A program made the translations under genes and the position numbers. DNA of 64,000 bases from an uncultured Phycisphaerales bacterium (lineage in GTDB: Bacteria; Planctomycetota; Phycisphaerae; WQYP01). The notes under the pieces are model-generated. The model saw only the letters and a program-made list of their open reading frames with translations, was not told where the DNA came from and ran no database searches. Of this stretch, positions 58,752-64,000 are shown piece after piece (position 1 is the stretch's first letter; every line of letters starts with the position of its first letter). The stretch spans positions 69,207-133,206 of the forward strand of contig CAIMWO010000031.1 of the NCBI GenBank assembly GCA_903845195.1. Reading direction: 5' to 3'.

Positions 58752-60022
58752 TGGTGAACCTTGTTCTCCTCAAGCCACGCGGCGTACTTGTTCATGGAAT
58801 AATAGAGCACATTAAGTCCCAGGCGATAAGATCCTTCGACTACGGAGGGTTCGATGCCGCTGTGGCCGTCTTTCCATGCGTCGCCGATGTCTCCGGGGTG
58901 CAGGAATGCTACCCAACGTCCCTGAACTTTCCAGCCCCAGGGGACGGTAGGCCGTTCGTGCGGTGAGGTAAAGGGGAAGCTCCTGAGGTGATAGGGGGCC
59001 TGGAAGATTTCGTCATCGAGCGGGATTTCGACCGGTTTGACGTCGGGCAGAACGCGGGACATGAGGCGGCGGAAATGTTGTGCCCAGCCGGGCGAGGAGG
59101 CGTCGGCGAAGATCATGCCGTGGCGGTCGACGAGGTAACGCCGGAGGGTGGCATCCTCCCGCGAGGAGGTATTGAGGTCTTTGGCCCCGGTGATGTAGAC
59201 GATGGGTGGGGAGGCGTATTTGGGGAAGGAGTTGAGGCCGTCGATCTCCTTGTATTCGGATTTGTCGGCGACTTTCCAGCCTCTGGAACTGCCTGCGGCG
59301 GTGCGGACGTGAACTTCGAGCAGGAGGTTGTAGTCGGCGCCTTTGCCCATGTTGGAGTCCCAGTTTCCACCATCATATTTGAGGCGGATCCAGCGGACGA
59401 CGCCATTGCCGCGGCCGACGCCAAAGCCCGCGCCATCGCCGGAACCGCGGCCGAGCATGCCGCTGCCGGGCCCGTCGCCGTTTTCGGTGCCTTCGCCGTG
59501 GCCTTCTGCGCCGGCCTTGTACTGCAGGTTGGAGAATTCCTCGAGTTTTTCGTCGACTTTTTCGCGGGCGGCGTCATCGATCTTGGGCACGGTGAACTTG
59601 ATGGGGCTGAACTTGTTGGTGACGAACTTCACTTGCTTCTGTTTCTTTTTCTTGATGATGCGGATGATTTCCTGCTGCCGGGAGCCGCCGGCCATGGAGC
59701 CGCCGCCGCCGCCGGCCGGCAGGTAATAGTAATCACAGCCGCGGAGCATCATGGGGAGGTAAAAGGCCAGTGCAAAGAGGATGTGCGCCAGCAGGCTGAT
59801 CGTGAAGCCGTGCCAGAATTTGGAATTTTTCTGGCCATAGAGCGTGGCGTCGGGGCGAAGGATGTTCCACTCAATGCCGCGGACGAAGACGGAATGCAGG
59901 ATGAATCTGCCGACGGCTCCGAGCATGCGCATGACGAAGGTGGCGGTGAGGTCGATGTAATCGACGAAAGCGTTGATGGCGCGGTCGCGGAGCGAAGAAG
60001 TTGTATCGTTTTCAAACTGCAA
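58748..60022 (-). CDS. DUF4159-domain membrane protein
   Basis: TM SLLAHILF, Gly-rich linker, RLKYDGGNW, PIVYITG, LRRYL..GMIFAD, IPLDDEIF. Confidence 0.8.
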   Translation of the reverse strand: MQFENDTTSSLRDRAINAFVDYIDLTATFVMRMLGAVGRFILHSVFVRGIEWNILRPDATLYGQKNSKFWHGFTISLLAHILFALAFYLPMMLRGCDYYYLPAGGGGGSMAGGSRQQEIIRIIKKKKQKQVKFVTNKFSPIKFTVPKIDDAAREKVDEKLEEFSNLQYKAGAEGHGEGTENGDGPGSGMLGRGSGDGAGFGVGRGNGVVRWIRLKYDGGNWDSNMGKGADYNLLLEVHVRTAAGSSRGWKVADKSEYKEIDGLNSFPKYASPPIVYITGAKDLNTSSREDATLRRYLVDRHGMIFADASSPGWAQHFRRLMSRVLPDVKPVEIPLDDEIFQAPYHLRSFPFTSPHERPTVPWGWKVQGRWVAFLHPGDIGDAWKDGHSGIEPSVVEGSYRLGLNVLYYSMNKYAAWLEENKVHQ

Positions 60023-60060
60023 AAAACTCTCTTTTGCGGGTGAGGGACGCGGATTGGCGA

Positions 60061-60480
60061 TCAGCGCAGGTTATTCATCATGTCGTCGACCTTGTTGGGC
60101 GTCTTCTTGTTAATTTCGTCCGGTGTGGCGGAATCATTCTTCATGACCTTTTCAATAACTTCCTTGGGGGGGTCTTTCGCTTCCACAGGGGTGGGGGCCG
60201 GCGCCTTGGGGGCCGCAGTTACGGATTTGGTGGTATCGGCGGCGCGGGTGGCGGGAGCGGTGGCGGCGTCCGCCTGGGCCTTTTCCGCGGCGGCCAGACG
60301 TTCGGCGGCGCCTTTGGGATCAATCCACGTGTCATGGATGTACGTTGTGGAGGTGCCCAGCAGCAGGACGACGTGAATCGCCAGCGCCACGCTGAGCCAG
60401 ATGAGGCTGTCGCGTGAGGAGAGCTGCTGAATCATGCGCGCGGCGTTTTGCTTGCGAGCGGTGGACATTGTGCTGTTCAT
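60061..60480 (-). CDS. Small membrane-anchored protein with TonB-like SxxxH TM motif
   Basis: SVALAIHVVLL TM followed by a Pro/Ala-rich stretch. Confidence 0.7.
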   Translation of the reverse strand: MNSTMSTARKQNAARMIQQLSSRDSLIWLSVALAIHVVLLLGTSTTYIHDTWIDPKGAAERLAAAEKAQADAATAPATRAADTTKSVTAAPKAPAPTPVEAKDPPKEVIEKVMKNDSATPDEINKKTPNKVDDMMNNLR

Positions 60481-60509
60481 ATAACGGGCCTCGAAAGGAA
60501 GTTCCGGAG

Positions 60510-60920
60510 TCAGGGGGTACGTGTTTCGTGAACGATGGCGATGATGCCGCCGGCGTCGCCGATGGCTTGGTAGACTTTCTGGTAATCCTTGTATTTGAGA
60601 TCTTTATCGCAGCGGAAGCGGACTTCGCAATCCTTGGGCGTCTTCTTGTCGACGAGGAGGGCCTTGAGTTCCATGCCGAGTGATTCGGCGGAGGGCATCT
60701 CCTGGCCGTTGAGGAACAGCTTGGCGCCCTTGTCCATGGCGACGCTGATGGGGGTTTCAGTTTGCTTGGTTCGCGGCAGCTTGGGCAACGCCACCACGAG
60801 CCGATCGCGCATGAACGTCGACGTGAGCAGGAAGAAGAAGATGATGAGAAAAGCGATGTCGGCCAGGGAAACCATCTGGGTTTCCTTGACCGGTTCAGTT
60901 CGCTTCTTTTGGATTCTCAC
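60510..60920 (-). CDS. exbD: ExbD/TolR family protein
   Basis: SLADIAFLIIFFFLL; GTG start at 60920 after GAGGAG. Confidence 0.88.
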   Translation of the reverse strand: MRIQKKRTEPVKETQMVSLADIAFLIIFFFLLTSTFMRDRLVVALPKLPRTKQTETPISVAMDKGAKLFLNGQEMPSAESLGMELKALLVDKKTPKDCEVRFRCDKDLKYKDYQKVYQAIGDAGGIIAIVHETRTP

Positions 60921-61323
60921 CGGAACCCTCCTCTGACATGACAATGATTCCACCGGCCTTCTGGATGGCATACAGGATGTCGGCATCGCGCTGGAAGGGA
61001 ACATCGTCGGCGGCAGTCAATACCACCAGCCGTTCGGAATCTTTCTTGGTGGTGCTGAGCAGGGCCTTGATGCGGTCCTGCAAAGCGTTGAAATCGACAA
61101 TTTCACCGTTGACGGTGACGACCTGTGCGCTGGCCTGCACGGTGATGGTCTTGGATTGCGAGGGTGACGGATCATTGGTGCTGCTGGGGCTGTCGAGATT
61201 GAGCGAATCATTTTGCGCAAAGGTGGCCGCCACCAGGAAGAAAATAATGATCTGCCAGGCGATGTCCGCCAGGGAGATGAAGGGAATATGGGGTGCCGGA
61301 GGTGGGCGGCGTTTGACTTTCAT
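60895..61323 (-). CDS. exbD: ExbD/TolR family protein
   Basis: SLADIAWQIIIFFLV; VVLTAADDVPF. Confidence 0.88.
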   Translation of the reverse strand: MKVKRRPPPAPHIPFISLADIAWQIIIFFLVAATFAQNDSLNLDSPSSTNDPSPSQSKTITVQASAQVVTVNGEIVDFNALQDRIKALLSTTKKDSERLVVLTAADDVPFQRDADILYAIQKAGGIIVMSEEGSGENPKEAN

Positions 61324-62030
61324 ACAGCAGTGGTCTCATTTGAGGGCCGCACGTGGGAATTCGCAGGATGCCCGGAGGAATCCTCAGTTTCCTTGGCCTG
61401 GGCATCCAGAACGCGTTCGACCAGTTTGGTGGCCGCCGACTGGACCTGCAAAACGTAACGATTCACGCGCGTGGTGAAGTAGTTGAATTCGACGGTAGCC
61501 ATGGCGGCGACGATCAGCCCGCCGGCGGTGCAGTGGAGGGCTTCGGCGATACCGCCGGAGACCGCAGCGGGGGTCAGGTTGCCGGTGCGGGCGACCGAGC
61601 CGAAGGCGTTGATCATGCCGATGACGGTGCCCATCATGCCCAGGATCGGCGCGAGGGAGGCGACCGTGGCCAGCGCGGTGAGATTTCGTTCGAGGAAGTC
61701 GACGACGTGGCCGCCGTGGTCTTCCATGGCTTGGACGATGCCTTCTTCAATTTCCTCGGGGCGCTTCCCGATTTTTTCGAGGAACTTAAGTTTGCGCAGG
61801 CCGATGGCCAGCGTTTCGGCTGTGGGTCCGGGCGTGGCCTGGCAGATGTCGATGGCGGCGGGGAGGTTCTTCTCGTCGAGTTTTTTCGATACGCGATCGA
61901 GGAGATCTTCGGCGTCGATATCGGCTTTGCGAAGGGTGCGCCAGCGTTCCAGGGTGATGCCCAGACTGATCACGGAACAGACCGTGATCACCCACATGGC
62001 CCATCCCCCTTCCATAATAAACTGCAGCAT
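61320..62030 (-). CDS. exbB: ExbB/TolQ/MotA proton channel protein
   Basis: GGWAM..LER, APILGMMGTVIGMINAF, GGIAEAL..TAGGL. Confidence 0.92.
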   Translation of the reverse strand: MLQFIMEGGWAMWVITVCSVISLGITLERWRTLRKADIDAEDLLDRVSKKLDEKNLPAAIDICQATPGPTAETLAIGLRKLKFLEKIGKRPEEIEEGIVQAMEDHGGHVVDFLERNLTALATVASLAPILGMMGTVIGMINAFGSVARTGNLTPAAVSGGIAEALHCTAGGLIVAAMATVEFNYFTTRVNRYVLQVQSAATKLVERVLDAQAKETEDSSGHPANSHVRPSNETTAV

Positions 62031-62117
62031 ACGAACATCCTTACTTAGAGGCGGTTGGGGCAGCAAGAATCAAGGAGCAACGATCAAGAAGAGAACGCCA
62101 TTTTACAATATCGGCGG

Positions 62118-63998
62118 TTACTTTTCGTCGCCGCTGTCGGTCTTCGCGGCGGTGAGCATTTCCGGCAGCGTCAACTGACCACGGGCATACCGTGCGGCAT
62201 CGGAATCCGGGAAATCCCAGGTGCAGCGGCGGTAGCGGCGGTAGGCCAACTGAGCGTCGCCGGCCTTGTGGTAGCTCTGGCCGGCCCAGAACATCGCGTC
62301 GGAGCGAAGGTCAGAGTCGGTGTAGCGTTCGACGAGATTATCAAAGGCCTTGGCGGCGAGGAGGTAATTCTTTTTCACATCGGAGGCCGAAGCGCCGGGC
62401 TCCTTGGTGGGCGTTTCGGCGGCTTTGAAGTAGCACTGTCCCTGACGAAAGGCGAGTTTGGGCGCCCATTCGTGATCGGGATACTGCTGAAGGAACTGCG
62501 AACAGATGTTGGCCGCGACCAGGAGCTTGCTGGATTTATAGAAGTAGTCGCTGAGGCGGACCATGCACTTGGCGATGAGCGGGTTATCCGGATAGGTGTA
62601 CGCCAGGCGGACATACTCTTCGCAGGCACGATCCATATCGCCTTTGTCTTCGAAGCATTGGGAGAGCTTGTACTGGGCGTCGGGGGCAAAGGCGTTGTTG
62701 GAGTAAGCGCGGATGACGGTCTGGTAGCACTCGATCGCTTTGTCGAATTCTTTGAGTTCCTGATGGAAGCCGCCGAGCAGGTAGAGCACGCGGGCTTCAT
62801 AGTTGGAGCCGCGGTAGTTTTCGCGGACGCTGGCCAGGATGCCGCGGCCGGCTTCGAGAGCCTCCTTGGCTTCGGCGACATCCTTGAGCTGGTTGTGGCT
62901 CTTGAAGAGTTCGAAATAGCACTCGGCGAGTTTGAACTGCGTTTCGACGGCGAGTTCCTGATCGCTGAACCGTTTGGAGAATGCCGTGACGTTCGCATCG
63001 GCGCCCGGGGCGACATGCACGGTGAAGGTGCGATCGATGGCCGTCAACGAACGGGTGTTGAATTCATCGACGTACGTCAGCGTGAATGTATCGCCGAAAC
63101 GTGCCTCGAGGGCTTGAGTGTTCGGATCGGGTTTGTCGGACTGGATGGTCGGGAGCTCGGCGGTGAAGACGCCGGAATGGCCGAGCGTTTCCCTGAGCTT
63201 GAGGTCGATCTTCTTACCGGAAGTGCTGGTGAGTTTCACGGTGATTTCGTCCTCATCAGGAGTGAGGTCCCGGTCGGCATCTTCGACGCGGAGGAAGAGT
63301 TTCTCGCCCAGGTGGATAGTAGAGATTTCCTCGCGGCCGTCGCGGCTGAGGTTGGCCAGCGTAGCATCCGTGACCATGCGGGCCTCGGCGGTGCGCGTGA
63401 TGTCGTCGCCGGCGGGGGAGCGCTTATCCACGTAGGTTGCGGTGATGGTGTCGTTGCCGCTGATGGCCAGAACGGGAACGCGAACGGCGCCGTCATCGCC
63501 GGTGAGATCCTGGGCATAGCGCCATGCGCCCAGGAGGTTGCGGGCGCTTTCGACAGGGACGTTCACGGTGGACTTTCCGTTTTCGTCGGGTTTGCCGAGG
63601 ACGAGGAGGGCCTGGCCGACGAAGCGGCCGGATTCGAGCGGCGTGCCGAGTTGCCGTCCGCCGGGCTGGGCGCCGTTGCTGAGCTCGAGCGGGATCGAAA
63701 GTTTGGCGCCGGCGGAGGTGGTGACCTTAACGACAACGGCCGAGTGGGCGTCCTTGGCGGCGTCAGGATCAATGACTTCGATGGTCAACGGTGCGCCCAG
63801 CACCACACGAGAAGGCTTGCCGGGCTCCGGTGCGAGGAAGATCTGGCGCACCTCGGGCTGAGCGCCAGGGGTGCCAGCGGTCGCGGGGTTCGTACGCACT
63901 TCCACGCGGGTGGGAAGGATGCTGACGATGCCTTCAGTCGGCTTGGCGACGGTGAACTCCGCGACGCGATCGGTGCGCGAACCGGGGTTAGTGTTCTG
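62118..63998 (-). CDS. Large TPR-containing protein (5' end outside window)
   Basis: Frame is open to the window edge; Ig-like LRVEDAD..ETLGHSGVF then BamD/CpoB-like TPRs. Confidence 0.85.
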   Translation of the reverse strand, partial: QNTNPGSRTDRVAEFTVAKPTEGIVSILPTRVEVRTNPATAGTPGAQPEVRQIFLAPEPGKPSRVVLGAPLTIEVIDPDAAKDAHSAVVVKVTTSAGAKLSIPLELSNGAQPGGRQLGTPLESGRFVGQALLVLGKPDENGKSTVNVPVESARNLLGAWRYAQDLTGDDGAVRVPVLAISGNDTITATYVDKRSPAGDDITRTAEARMVTDATLANLSRDGREEISTIHLGEKLFLRVEDADRDLTPDEDEITVKLTSTSGKKIDLKLRETLGHSGVFTAELPTIQSDKPDPNTQALEARFGDTFTLTYVDEFNTRSLTAIDRTFTVHVAPGADANVTAFSKRFSDQELAVETQFKLAECYFELFKSHNQLKDVAEAKEALEAGRGILASVRENYRGSNYEARVLYLLGGFHQELKEFDKAIECYQTVIRAYSNNAFAPDAQYKLSQCFEDKGDMDRACEEYVRLAYTYPDNPLIAKCMVRLSDYFYKSSKLLVAANICSQFLQQYPDHEWAPKLAFRQGQCYFKAAETPTKEPGASASDVKKNYLLAAKAFDNLVERYTDSDLRSDAMFWAGQSYHKAGDAQLAYRRYRRCTWDFPDSDAARYARGQLTLPEMLTAAKTDSGDEK

Positions 63999-64000
63999 GC

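Noticed and set aside
57711-60043. Long + strand ORFs 57711-58757 and 58988-60043
   Set aside because: Antisense to well-supported TPR and DUF4159 genes.

Overview
A bacterial window whose gene content (N-terminal Zn-ribbon membrane proteins, an ExbB-ExbD-ExbD-DUF4159-TPR cluster) points to a Planctomycetota host; this assignment is inference. About 1-51,460 reads as a mosaic genomic island. Its right edge is marked by a split tRNA-Met 3' remnant interrupted by an rve-type IS and by a truncated DUF2461 gene. About 51,760-64,000 is visibly more GC-rich, host-like sequence. The island contains: (i) a replication module with an AEP primase-polymerase-type Rep and a 47-bp inverted repeat pair that may be an origin; (ii) a VirD4/HerA-like ATPase; (iii) a tightly coupled 11-gene operon (ABC importer, SDR, SAM methyltransferase, degenerate sensor kinase, atypical receiver/H-box proteins, DUF3800-like protein, response regulator) plus a convergent paralogous regulator, bracketed by a duplicated segment and associated with a recurring GTGAC-N7-GTCAC palindrome; (iv) stand-alone RNA polymerase alphaCTD-like proteins with a catalytically dead ClpP homolog; (v) a minimal type VII-like locus (EssC-like FtsK ATPase, three WXG100-like proteins, HExxH metallopeptidase toxin, putative immunity gene, Sel1 protein). 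No rRNA, intact tRNA, CRISPR array or integrase was seen. All family assignments come from motifs recognised by eye, not from database searches.
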